From contig JBAZXP010000001.1 in NCBI GenBank assembly GCA_041659805.1, positions 448,589 through 512,588 on the forward strand: a stretch of 64,000 bases of DNA, in the 5' to 3' direction. The notes under the pieces are model-generated. The model ran no database searches. It saw only the letters and a list, made by a program, of their open reading frames with translations, and was not told the origin of the DNA. This document shows, piece by piece, positions 1 through 8,470 of this stretch. Within the stretch, counting starts at the first letter, position 1. Each line of letters starts with the position of its first letter. Source of the DNA: Microgenomates group bacterium (GTDB lineage: Bacteria; Patescibacteriota; Microgenomatia; Daviesbacterales; UBA10151). Made by a program: the position numbers and the translations under genes.

Positions 1-177
1 ACCATGCATGTCAGGAAGCATGATATTCAAAAGAATCAAACTGAAAATATCCTCATTAAGTATTTTTAAGCCCGCAACAGCGCTTTTTGCATGTATGACT
101 GCAAATCCTATTTGTGTTAAAGCATCCTTGTATTTTTGAGCTATGGTGTCGTTATGTTCGATTATTAATATTTTCAT
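1..177 (-). CDS. Response-regulator receiver (REC) domain protein, atypical; runs off the window's left edge
   Basis: Manual translation from ATG at 177: MKILIIEHNDTIAQKYKDALTQIGFAVIHAKSAVAGLKILNEDIFSLILLNIMLPDMHG. This follows the REC pattern (KILIIE..; LILLxIMLPxMxG). Confidence 0.8.
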   Translation of the reverse strand, partial: MKILIIEHNDTIAQKYKDALTQIGFAVIHAKSAVAGLKILNEDIFSLILLNIMLPDMHG

Positions 178-185
178 AAAGAGAG

Positions 186-2678
186 CTATTCATATCGTAT
201 TCTTGTTTTCATTACCCGCTCGAAAAATTCTATTAGAATAATTGTAACGGAAGGGAAAATAACGGCAATTAATGTTTCTTTGCTGCTAAGTTGGGAAAAT
301 AAGAATAAATCCCTGAGTCCCGGAATATATAAAGTGGCCAGTAACATGGCAACAGTTCCTAAAGCAATAAGCTTGACTACCAAGGCTGAACTTATAATAC
401 TGGAGAATATATTTTTTGGTCCATTTATATTAATTAACATGACTCCGATGTTAGAAATTACTAAGCAAATAAATGTTAAGGTTCTGGCGACTGTTTCAGA
501 AAAGTTCATGTAAAGGGAAAAAATAATTACTGTAATACAGGCGAATAATACAATACCTCCCTGTGCAATGGAGTAAAGTAATGTTTTATTATCTAAAAAT
601 GGTAAAGTAATTTTACGGGGCGGTTTTAGCATACTCTCTTTGTCTGCTACTGTTGTCTCAAATGCAATAGAAGAGGACGGATCGATAAATAGTTCCAAAA
701 AGACAATATGCAAAGGGAAAAGAATTAAGGGAAAATGGAAAAGAGGGGGGATGAGTGATATTCCGGCAATTGGGACATGGATTGCAAGCGTATACGTAAT
801 TGCTCTTTTAACATTGGTGTAAATTCTTCGTCCCAAGGCGACAGCCTCAACTAAAGATGAGAAATCTCCATTTAAAAGAATCAATGAAGCAGATTCTTTG
901 GCAACGTCGGTACTTCTGGTGCCTAAGGCTATTCCGATATGCGCAGATTTTAGGGCAGGAGCATCATTAACGCCATCACCTGTCATTGCTACAATTTCAC
1001 CGTTTGCCTTCAGTGCATTGACTATTCGGAGTTTTTCTTCAGGGATAATTCTGGCAAAAATTGTGATTGTTGATACAGCTTCTTGTAACTGTTTATCTGA
1101 CATTTTAGCAATTTCCTGGCCTGTGATAACTTTTTCAAAATTTTTAAGTCCGATTTCTGCAGCTACATGTTTTGCAGTTTCCGGATAATCACCTGTAACC
1201 ATCATGACTTTGACTCCTGCCTTGTAACATACTTGTAAGGCTTGAGAAACGGATGGACGAACAGGATCAATAAAACCGATTAATCCTAAAAATTTATAGT
1301 TTATTTCATCTTGAATTTTTGGTAAGTCTTTTGTTTTTACATATCCTTCTGCAACAGCGATGACCTTCAATCCGGTAATTGCCATTTGGGAAACCTGAAA
1401 TAAGACATCCCTTTCTTTTTCCGGATTAAGTTTGCAAAGTTTGATAATTGTTTCAGGGGCGCCTTTTGCAGCGATAGTATAAGTTTTTGAGTTCTTTATC
1501 TGCCATATATTGGTGATAGACATCGTATTTTTAGAAAATGGGTATTCTTTAACTAATTCTTTATTTTCAGGAATTTCCAGTTTTTGAATTTTTGCCTTAT
1601 CGAAAATAGCTATTTCAACTGGATCAAAGGTATGTGTGCGTGATGCTAAAATAGCGTATTTAATGAGTTCTTCGTCAGTTACATTGTCTTCGCTAAGGAG
1701 ATTGCGGATGGATAATTTATTGAAAGTAACAGTGCCTGTTTTATCAACACAAAGAATAGTAGTTGCGCCTAATGTTTCAATAGCGGGGAAATCTTTGGTC
1801 AGCACTCCTTTTCTGGAAATCCGCCATGCACCAAGTGCTAAAAAAACAGTCATTATGACTGCAAATTCTTCTGGAATAATAGCTAAACTTAGTGTTACGC
1901 CGGCAAGTAGTCCTTCCATCCAGTCATTCCGCACCAGCCCATAAATAAGTACCACAATAAGACAAAGAAACCCACCAAAAAGTGCTAATTTAACAATAAA
2001 TCTACCTGTTTCTTCCTGTAGCCGTGATTTTCCTCTATCTATTTGTTGCAGAGCTTTTCCTATTTTTCCGATTTCAGTATTACTACCTGTGAGTAATACT
2101 TCTGCGTAACAATGTCCTGTGGTGATTATTGTTCCGCTAAAAAGGAAAGAAAGACTGGCTCCACCAGGTCTTGTAATAGGTGTAGTTTTATTCCACACAG
2201 ATTTGGAAACAGCGAGTGATTCACCTGTTAAAACAGATTCATCTACAGTTAAATTATTTTCTTCTAATATTGCGCAATCTGCTGGAATCCGTTCACCTTC
2301 CGATAAAATCAAAATATCCCCAGGAACCAATTCCCGTGAGGGAATAGTTTTCGGTATTCCTTCACGGATTATTTTAGCCATTGGTTCTGACAATTCTTTT
2401 AAAGCTGCCAAAGCTTTTTCTGTTTTTCTATTTTGGAAAAAAGAAATTCCGATAATAATAGCGATACTTCCTGCAAGCGCAAAAGCTTCTTTTGTCCCCC
2501 CGATCGTAAAATAGATTGCCACAGAAAGAATTAATAACAAAAACATAGGTTCTTTTAAAGTTAAAAGAAGTGCATAGAGAAATCCTTTTTGTTTGTCTTG
2601 AGGAAGTGCATTTAATCCATTCAGGTTTAATCTTTTTTTGGCTTCGGCTTCTGATAAACCAATAAACTTTTCACTCAT
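186..2678 (-). CDS. P-type cation-transporting ATPase (type II-like)
   Basis: Motifs TGES, DKTGT, KGAPE, TGD and GDGVNDAPALK; multiple TM helices; M4 reads IPEEF. Confidence 0.95.
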   Translation of the reverse strand: MSEKFIGLSEAEAKKRLNLNGLNALPQDKQKGFLYALLLTLKEPMFLLLILSVAIYFTIGGTKEAFALAGSIAIIIGISFFQNRKTEKALAALKELSEPMAKIIREGIPKTIPSRELVPGDILILSEGERIPADCAILEENNLTVDESVLTGESLAVSKSVWNKTTPITRPGGASLSFLFSGTIITTGHCYAEVLLTGSNTEIGKIGKALQQIDRGKSRLQEETGRFIVKLALFGGFLCLIVVLIYGLVRNDWMEGLLAGVTLSLAIIPEEFAVIMTVFLALGAWRISRKGVLTKDFPAIETLGATTILCVDKTGTVTFNKLSIRNLLSEDNVTDEELIKYAILASRTHTFDPVEIAIFDKAKIQKLEIPENKELVKEYPFSKNTMSITNIWQIKNSKTYTIAAKGAPETIIKLCKLNPEKERDVLFQVSQMAITGLKVIAVAEGYVKTKDLPKIQDEINYKFLGLIGFIDPVRPSVSQALQVCYKAGVKVMMVTGDYPETAKHVAAEIGLKNFEKVITGQEIAKMSDKQLQEAVSTITIFARIIPEEKLRIVNALKANGEIVAMTGDGVNDAPALKSAHIGIALGTRSTDVAKESASLILLNGDFSSLVEAVALGRRIYTNVKRAITYTLAIHVPIAGISLIPPLFHFPLILFPLHIVFLELFIDPSSSIAFETTVADKESMLKPPRKITLPFLDNKTLLYSIAQGGIVLFACITVIIFSLYMNFSETVARTLTFICLVISNIGVMLININGPKNIFSSIISSALVVKLIALGTVAMLLATLYIPGLRDLFLFSQLSSKETLIAVIFPSVTIILIEFFERVMKTRIRYE

Positions 2679-2684
2679 ATTATT

Positions 2685-2693
2685 AGTGTATCA
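2685..2693 (-). promoter_or_regulatory. Extended -10 element (TGaTACACT) 6 nt before the ATPase ATG
   Basis: Minus strand reads TGATACACT-aataat-ATG; no SD. Confidence 0.55.
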
Positions 2694-2731
2694 TGGCTGA
2701 ATTAAGATGGGGTAAATAGTTAGAGAGTTAG

Positions 2732-2805
2732 TAGCGCGTAGGGGATTTGAACCCCTGATTGCTGGAATGAGAATCCAGAGTCCTGGACCACTAGACGAAC
2801 GCGCC
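2732..2805 (-). tRNA. tRNA-Glu (anticodon CTC), CCA not encoded
   Basis: Minus strand GGCGCGTTCGTCTAGTGGTCCAGGACTCTGGATTCTCATTCCAGCAATCAGGGGTTCAAATCCCCTACGCGCTA. Acceptor stem GGCGCGT/ACGCGCT, anticodon arm CTGGA-TTCTCAT-TCCAG, T arm AGGGG-TTCAAAT-CCCCT. Followed by CTA, not CCA. Confidence 0.95.
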
Positions 2806-2865
2806 ATGCGTATAAATTACGTTCATCTGCGAGAGCTAAAGCTCTCTAATGACGAACGCGCCATG
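2794..2865. repeat. 15-bp direct repeat GACGAACGCGCCATG (2794-2808 and 2851-2865) duplicating the tRNA 5' end, enclosing a hairpin
   Basis: Exact repeat; inverted repeat GAGAGC-taaa-GCTCTC at 2831-2846. Confidence 0.85.
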
Positions 2866-2934
2866 TAATTTAGAACAAGTGAATTTTATCAAAAAAAGCA
2901 TATTAATGCCATGGTCTTATCTTAATTTCATGTC

Positions 2935-2963
2935 TTGCAAAAATTATTTAGATGGTCTAAAAT
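2935..2963 (+). promoter_or_regulatory. Sigma70-type promoter of greA
   Basis: TTGCAA-17 nt-TAAAAT, 21 nt before ATG. Confidence 0.5.
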
Positions 2964-2984
2964 TTACCGAATCTAATCCTTTTT

Positions 2985-3473
2985 ATGGCCAAACTAGATA
3001 GGTCAGCTAAGATATCTAAAAAAGTTTACTTAACACCACAAGGTCTTCAAGACGCGAAAAACGAGTTGGACTATTTAATAACTGACAAAAGAGTTCAGGT
3101 TGCAGAAAGAATTCAAAGGGCAAGGGATTTTGGTGATGTATCAGAAAATTCAGAATATGATTCAGCTTTAGAAGAACAAACTTTGGTTGAAAATAGGATT
3201 GCTTATTTGGAGGATGCAATCGGTAATGCACAACTAATAGAGCATGTTTTAACAAATGATACAGTGGTAATCGGATCAGTTGTTAAAGTAAACATGGATG
3301 GAACGGTTGATGAATATACAATAGTTGGAAAAGTGGAAGCAAACCCTTCTAAGAAAAAAATATCTAATGAATCTCCGGTGGGATCAGCCCTTTTGGGTGC
3401 AAGAATTGGGGAAGAAGTGATGATCTCTACACCAGGTTCAAGCTTCAAAGCCAAGGTTTTACAAATTAAATAG
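2985..3473 (+). CDS. greA: Transcription elongation factor GreA
   Basis: ARDFGDVSENSEY and ISNESPVGSALLG motifs. Confidence 0.96.
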   Translation: MAKLDRSAKISKKVYLTPQGLQDAKNELDYLITDKRVQVAERIQRARDFGDVSENSEYDSALEEQTLVENRIAYLEDAIGNAQLIEHVLTNDTVVIGSVVKVNMDGTVDEYTIVGKVEANPSKKKISNESPVGSALLGARIGEEVMISTPGSSFKAKVLQIK

Positions 3474-3509
3474 CTTTAAAATCCCCTTTGCTTCAGTTAT
3501 ACTTGTTTC

Positions 3510-4985
3510 ATGGCTGTTGATCAATTAAAAAAAGAACGTTTAAAGAAACTCGCTAATATTCAAAAACTGGGAATTAATCCATATCCTGCAAAAACTAACC
3601 GTAAACAGACCTTGGAAGAGGCTAAAAAGATGCTGGGGAAAAAAGTTGCTGTTGTCGGAAGGATTAGATCGTTTCGTCCTCATGGAAAAATTACCTTTGC
3701 TGATATAGAAGATGCATCAGGCAAAATGCAGATATTTTTTTCACAAAATGATACCCCGGGTGAAAAATATGATTTTTTAGTTAATTTAGATCTTGGTGAT
3801 TTTATACAAGTAGAGGGAGAAGTTTTTAAAACACAAGCAGGTGAGGTTACAGTTAAAGCCAGCTCATACCAGTTGCTTACTAAATCTTTGCTACCGCTAC
3901 CTTCATCTTGGTATGGATTGAAAGATGTGGAGGAAAGATATCGCAAAAGATATTTGGACCTGTTAATGAATCCTGAAGTTAGACAGGTTGCAGAGAAGAG
4001 ATCGCAGATAATTTATGCAATTAGAAAGTTTTTAACAGAAGAGAAGGGTTATTTTGAAGTTGAAGATCCTGTTTTGCAGCCTTTATATGGAGGAACCAGG
4101 GCAAGACCATTTAAAACACATCACAATACATTGGATGCAGATTTATTTCTTAGAATTTCTAATGAGCTATATTTAAAAAGATTAATTGTAGGGGGGTTTG
4201 AAAAAGTATTTGAAATGGGGCATACATTTCGTAATGAAGGGATGGATAGAAATCATAATCCGGAATTTACTATGCTTGAGACAATGGAGGCGTATGCAGA
4301 TTATAAGGATAATATGAATTTAATCGAAGAAATGTTTGAATATGTTGCAAAAAGAGTGTTTGGCAGAACTAAACTGGATTATATGGGGCAAACTTTAGAA
4401 TTTAAAAGACCATGGGCTAGGATAAAGCTTGAAGATTTATTCAAACAGCACACAGGTGTTTCTATGAAGGAAATTGATTCTTTAGAAAAAGCAACTGCTC
4501 TGGCAGAAAAACTTGGAGTTAAAATTCAGGATTATATGACTGATGGGGAAATTTTGCTTGAAATTTTTGAAAAAAAATGTACAGACCAATTAATTCAACC
4601 GACATTTATTTATGATTATCCTGCAGATTTTTATCCTTTGGCAAAAAGATGCGAAGATGATCCTAAATTTGTTGAAAGCTTTGACATCTATGTTTCAGGT
4701 ATGGAAATGGGGACAAACTATTCAGAACAAAATGATCCTCAGGCTTTAAGAGAAGCATGGATGGCGGAAAAAGAAAAAGCCCAAAAAGGGAATGATGAAG
4801 CTCAAAAAATGGATGATGATTTTTTAGAAGCCTTAGAATATGGAATGCCTCCAACATCAGGAATTGGACCTGGTATAGATAGATGGATAATGGTTATGAC
4901 AGGATCACCAAGCATCTCTGATGTGATATTATTCCCAACCATGAAGCCAGAAGGGGAGCAAAAAAAGAAAAGCAAGAAAAAATGA
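3510..4985 (+). CDS. lysS: Lysyl-tRNA synthetase (class II)
   Basis: OB-fold anticodon domain; ERYRKRYLDL, FRNEGMDRNHNPEFTMLE, YGMPPTSGIGPGIDR. Preceded by TATACT-N6-ATG. Confidence 0.97.
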   Translation: MAVDQLKKERLKKLANIQKLGINPYPAKTNRKQTLEEAKKMLGKKVAVVGRIRSFRPHGKITFADIEDASGKMQIFFSQNDTPGEKYDFLVNLDLGDFIQVEGEVFKTQAGEVTVKASSYQLLTKSLLPLPSSWYGLKDVEERYRKRYLDLLMNPEVRQVAEKRSQIIYAIRKFLTEEKGYFEVEDPVLQPLYGGTRARPFKTHHNTLDADLFLRISNELYLKRLIVGGFEKVFEMGHTFRNEGMDRNHNPEFTMLETMEAYADYKDNMNLIEEMFEYVAKRVFGRTKLDYMGQTLEFKRPWARIKLEDLFKQHTGVSMKEIDSLEKATALAEKLGVKIQDYMTDGEILLEIFEKKCTDQLIQPTFIYDYPADFYPLAKRCEDDPKFVESFDIYVSGMEMGTNYSEQNDPQALREAWMAEKEKAQKGNDEAQKMDDDFLEALEYGMPPTSGIGPGIDRWIMVMTGSPSISDVILFPTMKPEGEQKKKSKKK

Positions 4986-5548
4986 TTAACAGAGAAGAAG
5001 CTTTAAAGATTTTGGAAGAAAAAGTCCAAAATCAAAACATAATAAAACACATGTTGGCAACAGAAGCCATGATGAAAGCTTTGGCAAAAAAGTTTGAGCC
5101 AGAAAAGATCGAGGAATGGGGTTTGTCTGGTCTTTTGCATGACGGAGATTATTCTGAAAGCGTGCCTTTGGAAAAACAAGGGATTCAAATCAGCGAATGG
5201 GTAGAGGAGAAAGGATATGACGTTCCTGAGGCAGTTAAACATGCTATGGCTGCACACAATATGGAAAACACAGGAGTTAAGCCTGAATCAAAAATGGACT
5301 GGGCGCTTTTTTGTGGAGATTCGTTAACTGGTTTGATTGTAGCATCAGCCTTGGTGTTGCCAGATAAGAAATTGGCAGGTGTTACTTCAGAGACGGTTTT
5401 AAAAAGATTCAAAGAACCAAAATTTGCTGCTGGCACCAGAAGAGAAGGAATAAAGATGTGTGAGGAACACTTAGGGATTTCCTTGGAAGAATTTGTTAAA
5501 ATAACCCTGGAAGCCATGCAGGAAGTGCATGAAGAAATAGGACTTTAA
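4982..5548 (+). CDS. HD-superfamily (HDIG-like) putative metal-dependent hydrolase
   Basis: H...GLLHDGDY...AHN...DSLTGLI...FKEPKFAAG pattern; ATGA overlap with lysS. Confidence 0.8.
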   Translation: MINREEALKILEEKVQNQNIIKHMLATEAMMKALAKKFEPEKIEEWGLSGLLHDGDYSESVPLEKQGIQISEWVEEKGYDVPEAVKHAMAAHNMENTGVKPESKMDWALFCGDSLTGLIVASALVLPDKKLAGVTSETVLKRFKEPKFAAGTRREGIKMCEEHLGISLEEFVKITLEAMQEVHEEIGL

Positions 5549-5549
5549 A

Positions 5550-6788
5550 ATGTTAGATATAAATTTTATTAGAGAGAATACCGAAGAGACTAAAAAAGGC
5601 GTAAAGGATAAAGGCTACGATGTTAGTATTGTGGAAAAAGTTTTAGATTTAGATAAAACCAGAAGAGAATTAATTCAAAAAGTTGATACTTTAAGAGCTG
5701 AAGGAAATAAAGCAGCTGATGAAAGAAATTCTGAAAAAGGCAAACAGGTAAAAGTTGAGTTGCAAAAAATAGAACCGGTTTTGGAAAAAATAAAGACAGA
5801 ATTTGAGACTGCTTTAATGCAAATTCCTAATTTACCGGGTGAGGATTCTCCTGTTGGTAAAGATGAATCAGAAAATAAAGTTTTAAGAAAAGTGGGGGAG
5901 ATAAAAAAGCTTGATTTTGAAGCACTTGATCATTTTGCTTTGGGACAAAATTTAGGAATTATAGATTTTGAAAGTGGCTCAAAAGTAACTGGTTCTCAAT
6001 TTTATTATTTATTAAATGAAGGGGCTTTACTTGAAATTGCATTAATTCAATATGCTATGAATCTCCTGTCAAAAGAAGGTTTTATTCCTGTGATCACCCC
6101 TGATTTAGCAAAATCAAGATTCTATTTAGGAACAGGGTATGCTCCAAAAGGAAACGAAGCTCAAACTTATACCATTGATGATGAAGATTTAGGATTAATC
6201 GCAACAGCAGAGGTAACTTTGGCCGGAAAACATGCAGATGAAATTTTTCAAGAAAATGAATTACCGGTAAAATACATCGGATATTCACATTGTTTTAGAA
6301 AGGAAGCAGGGGCATATGGTAAATATTCAAAAGGATTGTATCGAGTGCATCAATTTACCAAAGCGGAAATGTTCATTTACTGTTTACCTGAAGAATCTAA
6401 TAAAATGCATGAATATTTATTATCATTGGAAGAAAAAATTTATCAGGATCTTGGAATTCCCTATCAGGTTTTGGAAATGTGTACCGGTGACCTTGGAGCA
6501 ATGGCAGCCAGAAAATTTGATATCGAAGCCTGGATGCCAGGTAGAAATGAATACGGAGAAGTAACGTCAACATCTAACTGTACTGATTATCAGGCCAGAA
6601 ATTTAAATATTAAAGTGAAAGGCAAAGATAAAACAGAATATATACATATGTTAAATGGGACAGCTATCGCTACATCCAGAGCAATAATTGCAATTTTAGA
6701 AAACTTTCAACAAGAAGATGGGTCAGTTAAAATTCCTGAAGTCTTACAAAAATATACTGGCTTTACAGAAATTTTTCCCAAGAAATAA
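5550..6788 (+). CDS. serS: Seryl-tRNA synthetase
   Basis: MLDINFIREN start, N-terminal coiled coil, TAE, CFRKEAG, RVHQF, SNCTDYQAR, LNGTAIA. Confidence 0.97.
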   Translation: MLDINFIRENTEETKKGVKDKGYDVSIVEKVLDLDKTRRELIQKVDTLRAEGNKAADERNSEKGKQVKVELQKIEPVLEKIKTEFETALMQIPNLPGEDSPVGKDESENKVLRKVGEIKKLDFEALDHFALGQNLGIIDFESGSKVTGSQFYYLLNEGALLEIALIQYAMNLLSKEGFIPVITPDLAKSRFYLGTGYAPKGNEAQTYTIDDEDLGLIATAEVTLAGKHADEIFQENELPVKYIGYSHCFRKEAGAYGKYSKGLYRVHQFTKAEMFIYCLPEESNKMHEYLLSLEEKIYQDLGIPYQVLEMCTGDLGAMAARKFDIEAWMPGRNEYGEVTSTSNCTDYQARNLNIKVKGKDKTEYIHMLNGTAIATSRAIIAILENFQQEDGSVKIPEVLQKYTGFTEIFPKK

Positions 6789-6797
6789 TTTTTTTCC

Positions 6798-6835
6798 AAA
6801 AAATACACCCCTGTTTTAAAGAGGTGTATCTTTTC
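6798..6835. terminator. Probable bidirectional intrinsic terminator
   Basis: ATACACC...GGTGTAT stem (6803-6829) flanked by an A-run and a T-run, between convergent genes. Confidence 0.55.
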
Positions 6836-6852
6836 TTCAAACAAACCTAAAC

Positions 6853-7044
6853 TTAAGCAGCTGGTTGATCTGTAGGGGTTTCTGTAGCAGCTGGTGCTTC
6901 TTCTCCTCCCATTACAGGTGCATCTGCTGATGTTGCTGGTTCTTCTGTTGAAGTAGTAATTGGTGCATCTTCCATAGAAGGTGCAACTGGTTGTTGAACA
7001 TCTCCTGTTGTAGGAGGTGTTGCTGTATCATCTTGTGGTGGCAT
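6853..7044 (-). CDS. Small acidic Pro/Thr/Ala-rich disordered protein (63 aa)
   Basis: ORF preceded by a perfect SD (AAAAGGAGGTG, 7050-7060) 5 nt upstream of ATG. Confidence 0.8.
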   Translation of the reverse strand: MPPQDDTATPPTTGDVQQPVAPSMEDAPITTSTEEPATSADAPVMGGEEAPAATETPTDQPAA

Positions 7045-7109
7045 ATTCTCACCTCCTTTTCTATTGTCTTATTGTCTCTAAGATCAGAAATTAAATCAAT
7101 AGCCTTGTT

Positions 7110-8399
7110 TTAGGCCCTACCAATTCCATGATAAATGAATCCCAGTTCTTTAACTTCCAAAGGATCATAGATATTTCGTCCATCAAAAATTATTGCTTGT
7201 TTCATAAGTTTCTTTACTTCTACTAAATCTAATTCTCTGAATTCATTCCATTCTGTGATGAGTAGGAATGCAGAAGCATCTTCAACTGCTTTGTAAGGAC
7301 TTTCTTCATATTGGATTTTATCTCCATATATTTTTCTGACATTTTCCATTGCTTCTGGATCATAAACTTTAATTATAGCTCCGTTTTTCAGTAACATTTC
7401 AATTATTTTAACTGAAGGTGCTTCTCTGATATCGTCAGTATTGGCCTTGAAGGCAAGCCCCAATACTGCGATCGTTTTATCTTTCAAATCGCCTAATTCC
7501 GATTCGACCTTATTAAAAAATTTTTTCGGTTGATCGTTATTTATTTCTTCCACTGCTTTTAATAACTTAAAATCAATATCATATTTTTCGGCGATTTTTA
7601 TAAAAGCGGAGATGTCTTTGGGGAAACATGATCCGCCATATCCAACTCCTGGGTAAAGAAATGCGCGCCCTAATCTTTTATCAAGACCGACTCCTTTTAA
7701 GACCATTTCTACGTCAGCTCCCGTGCTTTCACATAAATTTGCAATTGCATTGGCAAAAGAAATTTTTGTAGCGAGTAAACTATTGGCAGCATATTTAGTC
7801 ATCTGAGCAGATGTTAAATCACAAATAATTCTTTGACCATTAAAATTTTCATATAATTTTAATAATATATCGGCAGCTTTTCTAGAATTAGTGCCAATGA
7901 CTATTCTATCCGGTGTTTTTGTATCCTCTACTGCGGAGCCTTCTCTTAAAAATTCAGGGCAGGAGGCGAATTCAAACTCTGCACTACTATTTTTCTTTAT
8001 TAAGGTTTCCAGTTCTTTTTCAACTCCGATCGGAACAGTACTTTTAATAGCAATTAGTGTGTAATCCTTTAAATGTTTTGCAACACTCTCTGAAGCATCA
8101 TAAAGATAAGTGAGATTTGGTTCGCCGTTTTCTTTGGGCGGGGTACCGACACAAACAAATACAACTTTTGAATTGGGCACTGATTCTTCATATGAGGTTG
8201 TAAAAAACAATCTTCCTTGACTTAAATTTTTCTTAACAAGTTCCTGTAACCCCGGCTCAAAAAAAGGTATCTCTCCCTGGATTAATTTTTCTATTTTAGA
8301 TTCATCTATGTCAACACAATAAACTTTATGGCCCAGGTCTGCAAAAACAGTGCCTGTGACTAAACCAACGTAACCCGTGCCGATAACTGAGATATTCAT
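7110..8399 (-). CDS. ugd: UDP-glucose 6-dehydrogenase
   Basis: GTGYVG, VGTP, KSTVP, PEFLREG, GYGGSCFPKD, FKANTDDIRE, DGRN. Confidence 0.95.
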   Translation of the reverse strand: MNISVIGTGYVGLVTGTVFADLGHKVYCVDIDESKIEKLIQGEIPFFEPGLQELVKKNLSQGRLFFTTSYEESVPNSKVVFVCVGTPPKENGEPNLTYLYDASESVAKHLKDYTLIAIKSTVPIGVEKELETLIKKNSSAEFEFASCPEFLREGSAVEDTKTPDRIVIGTNSRKAADILLKLYENFNGQRIICDLTSAQMTKYAANSLLATKISFANAIANLCESTGADVEMVLKGVGLDKRLGRAFLYPGVGYGGSCFPKDISAFIKIAEKYDIDFKLLKAVEEINNDQPKKFFNKVESELGDLKDKTIAVLGLAFKANTDDIREAPSVKIIEMLLKNGAIIKVYDPEAMENVRKIYGDKIQYEESPYKAVEDASAFLLITEWNEFRELDLVEVKKLMKQAIIFDGRNIYDPLEVKELGFIYHGIGRA

Positions 8400-8409
8400 A
8401 ATCTAATGA

Positions 8410-8464
8410 ATCATATTGTAAGAATTGAGGTCTTGTCAACCTTAAACTATCTGTCTATTATATT
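8410..8464. promoter_or_regulatory. Divergent ugd/galE promoters sharing an overlapping -35
   Basis: Plus: TTGTCA(8433-8438)-17-TATTAT(8456-8461). Minus: TTGACA(8439-8434)-18-TATGAT(8415-8410). Confidence 0.55.
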
Positions 8465-8470
8465 TGGTAC

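Noticed and set aside
2732-2870. tRNA duplication as a prophage or island att site
   Set aside because: The copies are only 57 bp apart, involve the 5' end, and no integrase is present in the window.
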